Shown in pieces: positions 1 through 12,834 of a stretch of 64,000 bases of DNA (positions within the stretch are counted from its first letter, which is position 1; each line of letters starts with the position of its first letter). The notes beneath the pieces are model-generated. The model saw only the letters and a list, made by a program, of their open reading frames with translations. It did not search any database and was not told the DNA's origin. Position numbers and translations under genes: made by a program. Origin of the DNA: Lama glama (lineage: Eukaryota); assembly GCA_028534125.1 (NCBI GenBank), contig CM052817.1:64234001-64298000 (forward strand), written 5' to 3'.

Positions 1-489
1 AATTTTTGCCTCCAATGTTTCTGTTGTCCACATAAAAATGTGCAAAGCCCCGTCTATGAAAGAAACCTGATCTTCCAGCTGTGACCCAGTTTGGGGATTT
101 ACCCTCTAGGCCTCTTTTCAATTAAATGTCACCACATCTCCATTGGGGGGATTTACTGTTTCTTGGGCTGGTTTGGCCCTGCAGGTGCATACTGCCTGCC
201 ACACTTGATCGGCCGTGGTTCACCTCAGAACGTTATCCCATCAGAGGCCTGGTCTAGCTTAGAAGTTAACCCAAAGGACTTCAACAGAGCAGCCTCTGCA
301 GTTACCAAGTCAATCAATGCACATCACATGCTCCTTAAGAGAACCCAAAACCAAGCCAGTTCTCAGTTCATGGATCAGAGCCCGGAACTCTCCTAAACTC
401 TGAGGCAGCTTTCAAAGCCACCATTCTGCTCGTGTCCCCAACTAGGAGTGGACATACTATGGTAAAGCATCCAGAGGACAAAACCCGGT

Positions 490-715
490 CTCTAGAGAGC
501 ATTTACCTTATACCAGGCACTGTGTTAGGAGCCATCTCATTCCATCCTCACAGCAATCCTGTGAGGTGACATTACTGTCCCTTGCATAAACGAGGAAAGG
601 GTATCTCGGAGAAGTTAATGAGGTTGCCCAGTCACACTTTTACATGATGGTCAATGGAGGAGTCAATATTTGAACTCCAGTTTGTTCAGCCCCAGAACTG
701 TGCTTTTTTTCCTCA
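490..715 (-). mobile_element. MIR SINE
   Basis: Reverse MIR core: ccaggcactgtg...atcctcacagcaatcctgtgagg...gagaagttaatgaggttgccca...atttgaactccag. Confidence 0.8.
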
Positions 716-729
716 CAACAACCAGAGCG

Positions 730-1310
730 ATTTCAAACAAAAGCCAGATCAGGACACTCCCTTATCAAAGTGCCCTGATGACTTCCTCCCATCCAATTCC
801 TGCAGGACTCTGCCTACTCTGGGTTCTACCTGCCTCTCCCGCCACACCCCTACTTCTTCTTGCTCTGGCTGTCACCCTTCCAGGCCCACCAGCCAGTCTT
901 CCTGTTCCTTGGAATCATGAAGTCCCTGACTCAGGGCCATCATACCTGCTATTCCCTCTGCCTGGAACGCTATTCCCTCAGGACTCTGCAGGACCCCACC
1001 CCCCTACCCCCTTACTTTATCCAAGTCTCTGCTCCAGTGCAACCTCCTCTGGGAGCCGCTCCCAATTACTCTGTCTAAACAAGACCCCTGCCCCCTCGCT
1101 GTGTAACTAGCCCTTACCTTACACCTTACGTTTCTCAGGAGCACTCACCCATACCTGCATGTGTACTCTTGGCTAGTTAACTGCTTACAGCCAGTGCACC
1201 TACACCCCAACTAGAACGTAAGCTCCACGGGGCAGGACCCTGCATCGTTCATTGCTGCATCCTCATCCCCATGCCAGGTCCCAGGCACGTGGCCAGTGCG
1301 CACCAAACTG
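730..1310 (+). mobile_element. L2 LINE 3' fragment
   Basis: L2-like motifs: ccagatcaggacactccc, gctattccctctgcctggaacgct, ctagaacgtaagctccacggggcagg...ccaggcacgtgg. Confidence 0.75.
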
Positions 1311-3193
1311 GGTTGCTGTGTGTCCTTTACCAGCTACCACCTCTGCTTGGTCCCAGCTCACAGAGCTCTGCTACACAGTAGCTGGGTAACCTTGGCCGCG
1401 TAACTTCAAGTCTGCAGAGAAACTACCCTTTACTGATGGTGGCCCTGATGAAAGAGGGAACTGCTGTTCATCCCTCCCTAAAGACCACGTCATCCCCTTG
1501 CTCTGCTATTTCTATGACACTGCCAGTTTTAGAACTTTGTGATTTTTATCAAAGAAGAGACATCTGGGGTAACTGATGAAACAAAAGGATAATTATATTC
1601 CACAAAGAGAAAAAAATCCTTCAAAACAACAAATTGTCTATTTATTGCTAGAACAGACAATTAGTTCATATAATGCCTTCCAGCGTCATTTCAAAGCAGA
1701 TAGAAATGGACTCTGATTAAAGGAGAGTTATAAAAAGCTGTATTATCTGGCACGGAACCAAAGAGAAGGCTTCTAAAAGTGGAATTTCTGAGATTCCACC
1801 AATACAAATCTCCAAGCTTACAAAGGGATTGAGGCAGAAGCCCATCATAATCCAAAAGAAGACCAGTCTTCAACATAAAAGTTTCTAGAGATAAAATTAT
1901 CTGTGTTTGGGGAACTTAATTTGTCTCCCTTCCTGTACAATCACTCCCTGCCTCATAAGGTTGCTGGAAGGTGGTCCATTTTCCATAAAACATTTCACAT
2001 TCTGTGGAAGTATTTTGTAAACACACAGAGGGTGGTTCAGTTTCAAAACTCTGGATTTACTTTGCATTTTCTTTGATGCAGTCTATCTAAACATTGTTTT
2101 ACTTGTGGAAATTCCTTCCTGCATCTGAGGGTCTTTTGTTTGCTGGACTTTCTTAGCTTCTCTCTCTCTTCCTATTACCTAACACACTTCAAAGGAACTC
2201 CTGACTTCAGGCCTTGGTCAAACTCAGAGGGTGAAATACCAAAGTGATAAGAGAATGTTCTGGGAAAATCAAAGCTAACCTCTTAGTTTTCAAGTTTTAA
2301 CCAATCCAGCTGCTCGCTCACTCTCACAGGTGGGAGATAATAAAGCTTTACAATGTAGCCAAATACCAGAATAGATAAAATGCTGCCAAATGGTTTCACT
2401 TCCAAAGAAGGAAAAAAAAAAAAAAGGAGTCAGGATTTATTTTGAATTCCAGTGCTTGGCCTCAGAGGGAGAAGCTGCAGAGAGAAAGTTTAAAGGAATG
2501 GCTGGCAAGACATGCGGAGGAGTGGACACGGGGCAGGGGTGTCATGAGTGTGTTACTTACAGGATAAACTACCCAGAACGCGCTGTCTTCACTGCAGCCT
2601 AGAATATGCTTCTCCACGTTTCCAGATTTTCCCTTATACTGTAATTGATCACAAACTGAATATGCCTTAACATTTTCAATCAGCAGACACGTGTTTCCAT
2701 TCTTAGCATTAGTGACAAGTTTATGTGACATTCAAACATGAATTACCTCTAGCTTCCTTCACATGCTAACATGTTAGCCTCGCACATAATGCTCACACGA
2801 AAATATCATCTTTACAGCTTGTGTAATCTTTCAAAGGTTTTTTTTTTAGTAAAAGAGGAAAAAAAAAGGTTACAGGTGGTTTAGCGTTATTTATAATGAT
2901 TACTGAAATTCTTGTGTCAGCATGAGGAAACATTCCAAAGCAACACATCTCTCTAGCTAACTGAGAAAATTCCAGTACTCATTCTCTACTATGCATGTGT
3001 TTTGTTACTTCTGTAATTATTCTGGAGCAGTGACCAATTTAAGTCTCTGAACTACATTATCTTTCAAGAATAGTTTTTTGTTAAAGGGTGATGTTTCCAT
3101 TTACTTGTGGTTGTCAAAGAAGAAGAGGAAGACAGTATATACTGTGCAGTTTCTAACAACCAAAACGTGAGCATTTAATGATGTTTAACTTAC

Positions 3194-3244
3194 TTTTTCA
3201 TTCCACGCCCACAGTCCAATTCCAAGAAATGCGATTCCCAAAAA
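3194..3244 (-). CDS. TSPAN5: Tetraspanin-5 internal coding exon (exon 2), phase 0/0; end of TM1 and start of small extracellular loop
   Basis: Minus strand: ...ctacttaccccactttctccctttctttcag|TTT TTG GGA ATC GCA TTT CTT GGA ATT GGA CTG TGG GCG TGG AAT GAA AAA|gtaagt = FLGIAFLGIGLWAWNEK. 51 nt, strong pyrimidine tract/AG, consensus GTAAGT donor. Matches recalled TSPAN5 residues 28-44 (NVIFW-FLGITFLGIGLWAWNEK-GVLSN); paralog TSPAN17 differs (LWAWGEK). Confidence 0.95.
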
Positions 3245-3749
3245 CTGAAAGAAAGGGAGAAAGTGGGGTAAGTAGGAGGGTAAATGCCATGATTTTACTA
3301 ACACAAATAAAGTTTTCAATCAATTCTTTTGTTACTTTACCGGGCTGAGAAATAGTTTTCTCTGAAATCAGACTGTCTGTAACAGGGAATGAAATACCAT
3401 CATCTCCTTGATTAAAGTTATCATTGTCATTAAGAAGGGTTAGGGACACTTGCTTAGAAGTCATTCAGATGACGGAGAAGAATTAGATAGAATCTTGAGT
3501 AAAATGAAAGTCATCAGTGAAGTTTAATGCTGCCTTTTTGGGAAGGAGAGGAAACAGGGAGCCCCCCATCCAACAAATTCAAACATGGCATTCACTAAAA
3601 ATGGGTAAGTGTAGGCGTGAATTTAGAAGAGCTGGTGATTTTCTCTTCAAAGTCACGCCATCAGGAACGGGTTGGGTCTGGGAGAGCATGCAAATGCCCC
3701 TGATGTCCCTCAGCAAGCTCTCCATCACTCTTCAAAAGAGACTATGGCA

Positions 3750-3870
3750 GGGGGGGAGGTATAGCTCAGTGGTAGAGTGTGTGCTTAGCATGCATGAGGT
3801 CCTGGGTTCAATCCCCAGTACCTCTGTTAAAAAAAAAAAATTACCTCCTCCACCAATAAAACAAACAAAA
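3750..3870 (+). mobile_element. Camelid tRNA-Ala-derived SINE (vic-1 type)
   Basis: ggggggaggtatagctcagtggtagagtgtgtgcttagcatgcatgaggtcctgggttcaatccccagtacctc, then A-run, ttacctcc and A-rich tail; Pol III A and B boxes present. Confidence 0.9.
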
Positions 3871-4158
3871 GGGACCAGGAATCTTATCAAGTCCAAGGTG
3901 ACCCCAAGAAAATGCCTGGACTCTTCTGTTTTTCAGAAACTTAAATTACTTCTATTGTAGTTGAGAGGGCTTCCATGACTCAGCCCAGTCTCAGCTCAGT
4001 ACCCTAACTTCACGCACAACACGGAGCACACAGATAACACACTTTTATGAGAGACTGAAATGAAGACTCAGCCGTCCACCAGCTGCGCTGAGTATTCGGG
4101 CGGAGGAGGGGAGAAGATAGTAACAGGGTGGGGGGGGGTCCATTTTAATTAGTTCTCA

Positions 4159-4320
4159 CTGTATTCCATCTGCTGTAAGATACACATTTTTCTACCACAA
4201 TTTAACATCTCTGAAATTGGGATGTGTCTTAAAATCGATGGTATCTCATAGTTTAATTGCTTTTTTCCCCCTTGACTGTACATAAAATAATAGTGAGTCT
4301 TAAAAGTGAGATTATCACAG
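4159..4320. mobile_element. MER104-like (TcMar-Tc2) DNA transposon fossil
   Basis: ctgtattccatc...taagatacacatttt...tttaacatctctgaaattgggatgtgtcttaaaatcgatggtatct resembles recalled MER104 consensus. Confidence 0.65.
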
Positions 4321-5464
4321 GTTTGGTGACACATTGCACACGGTTGTCCACCCACGAAGAGTTCAGTGGTCAGGACGGGGTGTGACTGGTCACGAAGAAA
4401 GACACATCACTGTCTTCATCTTTATCATCAACAGCAACTCTCAACCTTCTCTCCAGACACTGAAAAGAGGGTCGCAGGTTGAGGAGAAGCTTCAGTCCGA
4501 TGGCAGCAGCACACACTGTTTATTTTACTAACATCTTGATCAAGTTAAATGTCAGGGAAGCTGTCCACAGGAGGGGGGTGGGTGGAGAAAACGAGAGTGA
4601 GGGTGGTTACACTTTCCAGTTTCAGGGAAATCTGAGAACCGTCCACCTGGCGAGGTCTCCGCCATTCGCAGTGGGGAGTTACTGACACTTTGCAGGCAGC
4701 GGCTAATAAATCTGAAAAGGGGCTGGGAAACAGCAGGAGCAGAGGGAAAGGCAGGGTCTGAAAACACATAACTGCTCTGAAAAAGTGGTGGTGTCTTTAA
4801 AAGCAGAACTTCCCAAATCCCCTGGCAATTATCTGACACTGTTGTGAGACAGCCCTCAATACAGTGAGCCCCTACACAAAGAAGCTTCAGTGTGCCCTTG
4901 ATTTAGCAAAAATGGAGGACCCTCCCTCTTCTTCCTAACCTGGCTCACAGAGGTTTGAAAAATGTTTCAAAAAATTTGTTTTCAATATCCCAACAAAAAA
5001 CCAGTATGGTCCACCTCTCTGCCGTCCTAGCTAGAATGCCACTTCACTTTACAGTTCCAATCCATAACCAGAAAGGGAACAGTCCCCCAAACGACTCAAA
5101 GGTCCTTGGGACTCTGTAGTACAAAAATGAAGCAAGTTGGCGTGTCACTCTCATATTCATAGGTTCGAGCCACAACCGGGTAACAAGGGACAAGAGCGCA
5201 CACAGGAGCCCATCAGACCCAGAAATCATGGAGCCCTTGACTTCATCCACATTGACAATCAAACTCAGCACAGTGAAATGAATGACTTTCTGATGCTAAA
5301 GCTCTTTGCAGACAAATGTTCGGTCATGTCCCCGATGCGGTGCTTAATCAGTGTCACCACAAGCAGTGGGTGGGATGTTGTGGCAGAGGACATCCTGATC
5401 AGCTGTCCTTCTTGATGCTGAAGAGGGTGGACGTGGTACTGCTGAGGGCCCCGGCCTCACCGCT

Positions 5465-5705
5465 AACATTTATTTCTCTTTATTACTTGCCAAGCACTAT
5501 GCTTAGTGCTTTCTATGCAGTGTGTCTCTTAAGCATCACAACAATTTTATTTTAAGATAGGCACTATTATTAGCCCCACTGTAAGAAAGCAAAATGACGC
5601 TAGGAGAGTTTAATTTGTTTAGAGGCACACAGCTTCTGAGTGGAGATGCAGAGATCTGAGCCAAGATGAGTCTAACAGCAATCAACGTACATGTTCTTAT
5701 CAGTC
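5465..5705 (-). mobile_element. MIR SINE
   Basis: gccaagcactatgcttagtgctt...taggcactattattagcccc...gagagtttaatttgttt...gagatctgagccaag. Confidence 0.7.
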
Positions 5706-6847
5706 CAGATAAGTCCCCATTTTCCCCCATAGGACAGAAAGTTGGCGCATTCAGGCTAGAATTATGTGGGACCTGATGAGAACATCATATATTCCCTCCC
5801 TAGGAAGCAAAGGGAAGTTGAGGAGGTAAAAAGATGAAAACCTTGCCCTCACGTTAAGAACTGGTTCTAGGACAGACATGCCCTGTGTTGGTGTCAGTGA
5901 TGGAGTAAAGTAGAAAACACAGAAATTCAGGGTGGGTCAACTTTCTCCTCTTGGTATAAAGTTCTCCTCTCTCTTCCTGGCACTTTGAATCACATAAACA
6001 GATTGGAAACCAAGTTTTCGACAAAGAAAAAAAAAAATCAGGACTTAAAGAAGATGCACAATTTCCTTTATAATCCTTCTCCAATATTTCCTGCCTTAAC
6101 TGTGACTTTCCAAATGTAGTTTAAGAATTTGGAGAAAGGACACTGAATCTGAAGTCAATAGCTAAGCAAATGGTGCCAGGCGGGGCCTCAGCCCGCACAT
6201 ACCTTCGGTGCTCCATCACCAGCAAATGTCCTCCCAATTTCTCTCAGCCCGTATGTTTTGTTTTAAAATCAAGTTGTTCCAGCTCCAAATAATTAAACAG
6301 AGACGAGCCAAAAAATGAGACAGGCAGGCAGTACTAAAAGCACACCGAGTTTCCCCTTTTCCACCTCCCGAAGAAAAGGCGACCATAAACCTTCTGACTG
6401 ACCTCATTCTGACACCCAGAGGCAACCTTACGGGGAACGACTGAGAACATTAAAGTCAGCTCTTTGTTCCTTTAAAACAGAAACAAAACCAGATCTGAGG
6501 CATCTTCCCATGTGGCAATATATGCAAACATGCAGTCAAATGTTTGTCCATCCAGCTTTTGATGTTTCAAATGAATATTAATTCTGCCAAAATTTGTCAG
6601 ATGCTAAGTGTGAACTCAGTACTGTGCTAAGTACTGGGTTTTACATGAATGAGCTAAAACAGCACTGCCTAATACTGTAGCCCCCAGCTAGCAGGAATTT
6701 GAAACATGGTTAGTTCAAACTGAGATGTGCTAGTAGGTGTAAAATATACACTGGATTTTAAAGACAATATGAATTGTTAGAATGGAATACTTTTCCATGT
6801 GTACCTGTAAGATTTTTCTGTCATGTCTCAAAAGCAAACGCTTGCAA

Positions 6848-6998
6848 GGAGGGTGTAGCTCAGTGGCAGAGCACATGTTTAACATGCACGAGGTCCTGGT
6901 TTCAATGCCCAGTACCTCCATTACAGAAAAATAGTATAATAATAAAAAAAAAAACCTAATCACCACCCCTCCAAAAAATAAGAAATCTTTTTTAAAAA
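6848..6998 (+). mobile_element. Camelid vic-1-type SINE
   Basis: ggagggtgtagctcagtggcagagcacatgtttaacatgcacgaggtcctggtttcaatgcccagtacctcc...aaacctaatcacc, then A-rich tail. Confidence 0.9.
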
Positions 6999-7140
6999 GT
7001 AAAGACTCTAAGAGAGAAAAAAAATGTAAAAGATCTCATTAACAGTTGATTTACTTTTGATTTTGATGTTGAAATGATAATACTTCGAACATATTTGGTT
7101 AAATATATTAAAATTAACTTCACTTATTTCACATTACTTT

Positions 7141-7300
7141 TTAAATTGAAGTACAGTTGATTTGTAGTACTATACTAGTTTCAGGTGTACAACATAGTGA
7201 TTCAATATTTTTATGGATTATACTCCATTTAAAGCAATAAAATAATGGCTATATTTCCCTGTGCTGTTTACATATCCTTGAAGCTTATTTATTTTATGTG
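7141..7300 (-). mobile_element. L1 3' end fragment
   Basis: attgaagtacagttgattt...tagtttcaggtgtacaacatagtgattc...tatatttccctgtgctgt: reverse L1 3' UTR terminus. Confidence 0.8.
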
Positions 7301-7909
7301 TAATTTTTAAAATACAGCTGCTGGAGCATTTAAATTATATACACATTTCACCCTATATTACTAACGGACAACGCTGGTCTAAAGTACCCCACAATAATCC
7401 CATGTAGTAACAGTATTATCCCCATTCTATACATAAGGAAATTGAGACTCCAAAACATGAATTCAGCTTCCTGAGATTACACAGGTGCCTGAGCCGGGTT
7501 GCCCAGGAGACCTGACCCCTCATCCCAAGCTCAAAACTATCACAGTGCTTTGCCAATGTGCCTAAAATGTTTGTCCAGCCACGTAAGAGATAGAGAATTA
7601 TCCTGAAATTCATGTCCTAAGACTCAAAATTGCTCCTTTAACTTCTAGGTGTTCAAGGCAAAGGTGTGTTTTCCTGCTTGGGAGTGAGAGTGGCACTAGG
7701 GGGAAGCCTGGTGGGACCAGATCCTGTGGAGCTGACCCTGAGCAAACGCTGGAGAGAAAGATGGCCCTGGGACGTGACCAGGGCTAGGAGGGGCACAAGT
7801 AGGGAATCTCTTCCCCCATCTGTTGTTTTCATCCCCGCTGAGCCTCCAACATCTTAGAAATGGACCAGTGCTCCACTGTAACGGTACAAAAATGGATATT
7901 TCAAGGTGT

Positions 7910-8820
7910 TCATGCATCTATCTACAACCTTCAACAAATATTCTTGAGTTCCTACTATGTGCTAGGCACTGCTTTTCTCTGGTGATAAATGGAGAGAAGA
8001 AAACAGGAACAATTCCTGCCCCCAGTGAGCTTGCAGTTCAGTAAGAAAGATTTCAATCAAAGTGTAACTGACAGTGACAGACAAACACAGTGTAACAGAC
8101 ACAGCCCCTGACAGTGCTCTAAAGAAGAAAATACAGCCAGTACAAACCGTAAGAGGGAAGTGGGACCCAGAGTGTGGTCCACGAGGGCTTCTCGAAGTAA
8201 GCGATGTAGGAACTGGGGTCTGCAAGATGAGAAGACGTTAACAGGCAAAGGAAGGAAGGAAGAGTGTTTCAGGCAGAGGGACGAGAATGTGCAAAGGCCC
8301 TTCAGTGAGAGAAGCACAGCAAGTAAAAGGGTCTAAACAGTGACTGGTACGGCTGGTGCACAGAGAACGGGAAGAGGGGAAGGGATGGCACAGGTTTTCA
8401 AGTAGAGATGCAAACAGGGCCAACCCATGCAGGGCCTCGTGAAACACTTTTAAGGAATTCAGTCATCTCCCTACGAGTGACAGGCAGCCATCAAAGGGCC
8501 CCCTGTGGTAGAGGGCTAGGGTGGGGTGAGGAGGTGGGTCTTTATCAGATTTGGGCTTTGGAAAGAGGATCTGAAGTTGCAGAAAAGGTGAGAGAGAGCT
8601 GAGTGTGTGTGCACAGCAGCTAGAAGGAGGCATCTTTGGTCCTGCAGACAAGACCTGACTGTGTCCTGGACGGAATGTGCTGGAGAAGTGGGTGGAACTG
8701 AGAGTGTTCAGAAGTTAACACTGACATTTTCAGCGATGCCTGAATATGGAGAAGGTGTGGGGTGGGGATAAGGGTAACGCCTGTGTTTCTGGCATCTTCT
8801 TCATGGAGACCATGGTTCTT
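7910..8820 (-). mobile_element. L2 LINE fragment
   Basis: ttcaacaaatattcttgagttcctactatgtgctaggcactg...tttcaggcagagggacgagaatgtgcaaaggccc. Confidence 0.75.
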
Positions 8821-9909
8821 CAAAATCCATCTTTCGTCCTCTCTGACAGAAATAACTCTCGGGTGTCACTTTCATAACTAGCTTTAGATCTAGCAACATT
8901 TCTGAAGGACAGCTTTCTTTCGTGGGCATTTGGGCTGCTGTCTGAATTCTCTCTGAAGCAAATTTCAGCTTGTATACTTTAAAAAAAAATAAATTATGTA
9001 AAATCTATACACACGTCCACCACCACCTATTACTTTTATTCATAGAAGGAAGTAGTAATGTCTACATGGACATTAAAGTCCACAGGCAACTGTCAAATGG
9101 ACATTTTCAATCCTTTTTGCTTAAAAAGTAACAATTACGTCAACGGCATCTGCCAGCATCCTGTGAATAGACTCAAAATAATAAGGCAGCAAGGTAAACA
9201 CAACAGAGGAAAATAAAAACCAGGTCAATCCTTCCCACCTGAACTGGAGCCTCAAAAATATTATCCTAAGTAACAATGGAAAGAACTGTTACTCCTTCAT
9301 CATTCTGATAAAGTTGTTTTTAAAATGTTAAGTTCCGCCTGAATAAACAGGAGAGATTCATTTAAAATGTTTGGCACAGAAAAGAGGAAAGAGAAAGAAT
9401 GCCACGAGGAAAGACGTATTTTCCTGAAGCTGCAACACGTGTACGTGTTATTAGATGCTTTCAGACACTTGTGACCACCACTCCAGGCCTGGCAGGGGTG
9501 GGTGAGGTGGAGCAGGCCACACAAGTGGGCTAAATACTTATGTTAACAAAACCCATGTTGTTTTTATAAAGCAGGGGTGATTTCAGGAACAAAATGCCTG
9601 TGGGCACAATTCTTGCCACGTCAGAGGAGTAAACATGGGCTGGTGGAAAATTCAATACACAGAAAGGCAATCTCAATTTTGCCACCGGGTCCCCACGTCC
9701 CAGTTTGTACACTCAAACCTCCTGGAATCCTCATGATAAGATGGCATGGCAGATAAAGTCCGAACTTGTAAACCGGACATTCCCCATCTGAGCCAGGGTC
9801 AACTTCTCACTTTGCTTGGCCCAAAAGGCCTCCTCCACGCGGCCTGAACACGTGCAGCCTGCGGAAGCCCGGCTCCCGCACGTCGTGGTTCGGTGACCTC
9901 GGGAAAGGC

Positions 9910-10455
9910 TCTTCATTTAGTCAACACGTATTTACTGAGCAACTCCTAAGAGCCAGGCAGCGCTCGAGGGGCTCTGGATGAACTGAGAGGCAAAACAGAC
10001 AAACGTGCCTGCCCTTAGGGCTGACATTCTAGTCCGGCATGTGGAGGGAAAGACAATAAAAAGGAACAAGTGAGTTAGGTAATGCACAATTTTAGAAGAC
10101 GAGAAGCACTGCGGGAAAAGAGAACAGCACAAGGCGGCTGAAATGTGGCCCAGGGCGGAGGGAGGGCTTATGACACTAAAATAGAGGGACCAAGTAAGTC
10201 TCCATTAAGAGAGTTAGATAAGCAAAATGATGAAGGAGATGGAGCTGACTGGCAGGTGTCGGGGAACTGTGTTCCAGGCTAAGGAGCAGCCTGGTGAAGG
10301 CCCTAAGGCGCGGGTGTGCAGGTCCATTGGAGGAACGGCCACCTGAGGCGGAGCCCACAGGGCAGAGAGTAACAGGAGTCATGCTGGTTGGCCTTAGAAG
10401 GCCGTGGTGACAGCTGGTTTCTCCCAGAGAGAGAAAGAACCACTGGAGGGTTTCC
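9910..10455 (-). mobile_element. L2 LINE fragment
   Basis: tcaacacgtatttactgagc...cctgcccttagggctgacattctagt...gttccaggctaaggagcagc...aaccactggagggttt. Confidence 0.75.
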
Positions 10456-12834
10456 TGACTTCCGAGAGCCCCCTGGTCCTCATCTGTCAGATGGAGGTGA
10501 TAGGGCACCCCAGGAAATGCACAAAACAACTGTAGGGGTCAGCGTGACAATGTGAGGACCGGATGAGGTTCACAAATCGAATCGCGTGTCTACAATAGTC
10601 GGTACTTCCTACATATTAGCTCCCTCCCCTCCCCGTCCTCAGCCTCCTCCCCTCCCCTCCCAGACCCACCACGTGTCAGTGTGAACCTTGCTTCCAGTCC
10701 TGCCTTCTCCTGGGATGAGAGCGCACCCTCACTCACAGTGACCAGAGGGCCCTCTCGTCTCACCTTCTGCACCACTCGCTGCATGGACCCTTAGTTGACA
10801 TTTATACGCACAGGACTGTCAGGGAGTGATGTGGCCATGGGTCGGACTCCAGGAGTGGTGGGGGCTGTGTGAACCGCAGGGACAGCAGGTGCCTGTTTAA
10901 GGGGCAGCAGCACCTGCCCTCCAATTAATCATGTCCCTTCCCCTGACGCAGGCAGGAGGCTTCTTCCAGGAACGGTGGATACAAGCATCCCCGTGCACTG
11001 ACAAGAAGCCAGCCCTGATCAGAATGCCGAGATCACGTTTACCTTCAGGTCTTTTCCATTTCTAATCTTAGCAATCTGGTTCGTGAACGCTGGGTGTTTA
11101 CTGGCCCGATAATCCTGAAATCCCACATTACAGTAAATTTCTCCCCATCACGGCTTCTTGATTTATCTCCCCTCTCCCTAACCTTATTATAACTCCTTGC
11201 TTTTGTATTATATCCTCTGTGATGTGTTTTGGTTTCGTTACATCCATTTAAAAAAACACAATCTTTTTGGAAGAATGTGGGATATATCACCCCCGCCTTT
11301 TGGGAAAACTGGCCCCACAAAGGGTGGGCCCCTGCAGCCACGTTCGCAAAGGAGAGCCCACTCCCTCTCAACCCTCTGTAGACTGAGGAGGAGACTAAGG
11401 CAGGACCATGACTCAGGAAGAGCTATTCACTAAATATGAGGCTCTCTTGCCCAGAAATCGGGTTCTGGACATGGTGGTGTTGGTCAGCTTCAGTCTCCCT
11501 TACACTAGAACAGTCTGGGTGCTATGGGGAGAGCACGCTGATGCCGACGGCCTAGAAGAGACCAAGGCGGACTTCTGTTTCCGACAACCCTCTGCTCCTT
11601 ATCCCCAGGACCCCTGGTCCCATTTCCCGATCCTGCATTCCATGCACCACCCCTGGGTCCTTATTGGACGTCTCCCCTCCTCCCCTCCCATTTTACCTCA
11701 AGCTACCTTGGGGGTTTTCTGTCACTTGCAACCAAGAGGGTCCTAAGCTAAGAGAGCAGATTAATTTCCTTTGTGCTTAGTCCTGTGACAAGTTTACAGT
11801 AAACAATCAAACATGCGAACAGGAGCGAGCACGGTGGGGCTCTAGAGACTAATAACGATCTGATGGAGAGGCAGTTCCTTTCCAAGTAGGTGAGGAGAGA
11901 CTCTCGTGGTTCTGAACAACCAGGTGAGCGGTTCTGACTTGGTGTGATAAGTTACACATAATTCAGCCACACTTCTACCTCACAGAGATGGCTGCCCCCT
12001 ACTTGCTTGTTGAATTTTGGAAGCAGAATGATACAGCTAGAACCCAAGAAATGGTTTCTGAAGCTGCAGTGGCCCCTAGGCATTGTGGACCCATGTTCTC
12101 TCCTCCTGGTCCCCCGAGGATGGAGGGGCTCCAGGCCTCTGAGCTTGCTCCACACCGGGAGAAGGTCAGAGCACCTCTTGAAGAAATGTCTATGATGAGG
12201 GGACAGTCTTGTTCAGAAATTCCTTTGCTAGAGGTTGGAGCTTATCAACATTTTGGCAAGAACTAGCAATCTGAGGTGGGAAGGGAGAGAAAAGGGGAGG
12301 GCAATGTAGGCAATAAAACCTGTATGCCTCTCGGAAATTACTCAGGCAATGCAGGCACACAGAAAGGAACGTGGGGGATTACACAATTCGGGATGGAAAC
12401 GTGGAGGCTGCAAGTTGACAGCCCACTGATCTTTGTCTCAGGAAAAGCCAGCCTTATGCTGCCCAGGCTATTCCATCTGTGATTCTCTGATGAGATAAAC
12501 CAAGGCCAAGAACAGACCAGAGAGATGTTCTGAAGGCTGAGGAGGACAGAGGGATAATTCAAGTATTTCAAACCAGAGCCATGAGAAGTAAGTTATCTGT
12601 AGACAAACATCAGCCTTTGTGGAAATAAGCTCCTGCTGTCTGCATGGAACAGCCAAGCAGTGCAGCTCCAGCTAATGGCAGCTTTGAAAGTTTAATGCCC
12701 TCAGATGTATACTGTTTTTGAGTTGAAACATCTTCAGGTTTTAAAGAAACAACCTAGGCAAGATTTAAAGGTTAATGCAAATAAAAATTAAAATAGGATT
12801 ACTCTTTTTTAAAGCACAAGTAGGGTTATATATT

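Larger units (their letters stand above)
1..3193 (-). other. TSPAN5: TSPAN5 intron 2 (5' part)
   Basis: Begins GTAAGT at 3193-3188; exon 3 peptide (GVLSNISS...) not seen in 1-3193. Confidence 0.8.
6661..7378. mobile_element. MER33 (hAT-Charlie) split into three pieces (~6661-6765, ~7010-7140, ~7305-7378) by younger insertions
   Basis: tgagatgtgct...gtgtaaaatatacactggattttaaagac / aaaatgtaaaagatctcattaa...tgttgaaatgataata / atttaaattatatac...ggacaacgctg, in consensus order. Confidence 0.75.

Noticed and set aside
3198..3464. 88-aa ORF overlapping the TSPAN5 exon
   Set aside because: Wrong frame; the real exon is defined by splice sites in another frame and the rest of the ORF is intronic.
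3750..3824. tRNA-Ala gene (also at 6848, 29999, 30707, 61018)
   Set aside because: Diverged multi-copy heads with SINE tails, some with TSDs; these are tRNA-derived SINEs.
6203..6469. Possible 267-nt minus-strand exon (donor AAG|gtatgt)
   Set aside because: Acceptor choice ambiguous, stop codons in the body, no further support.
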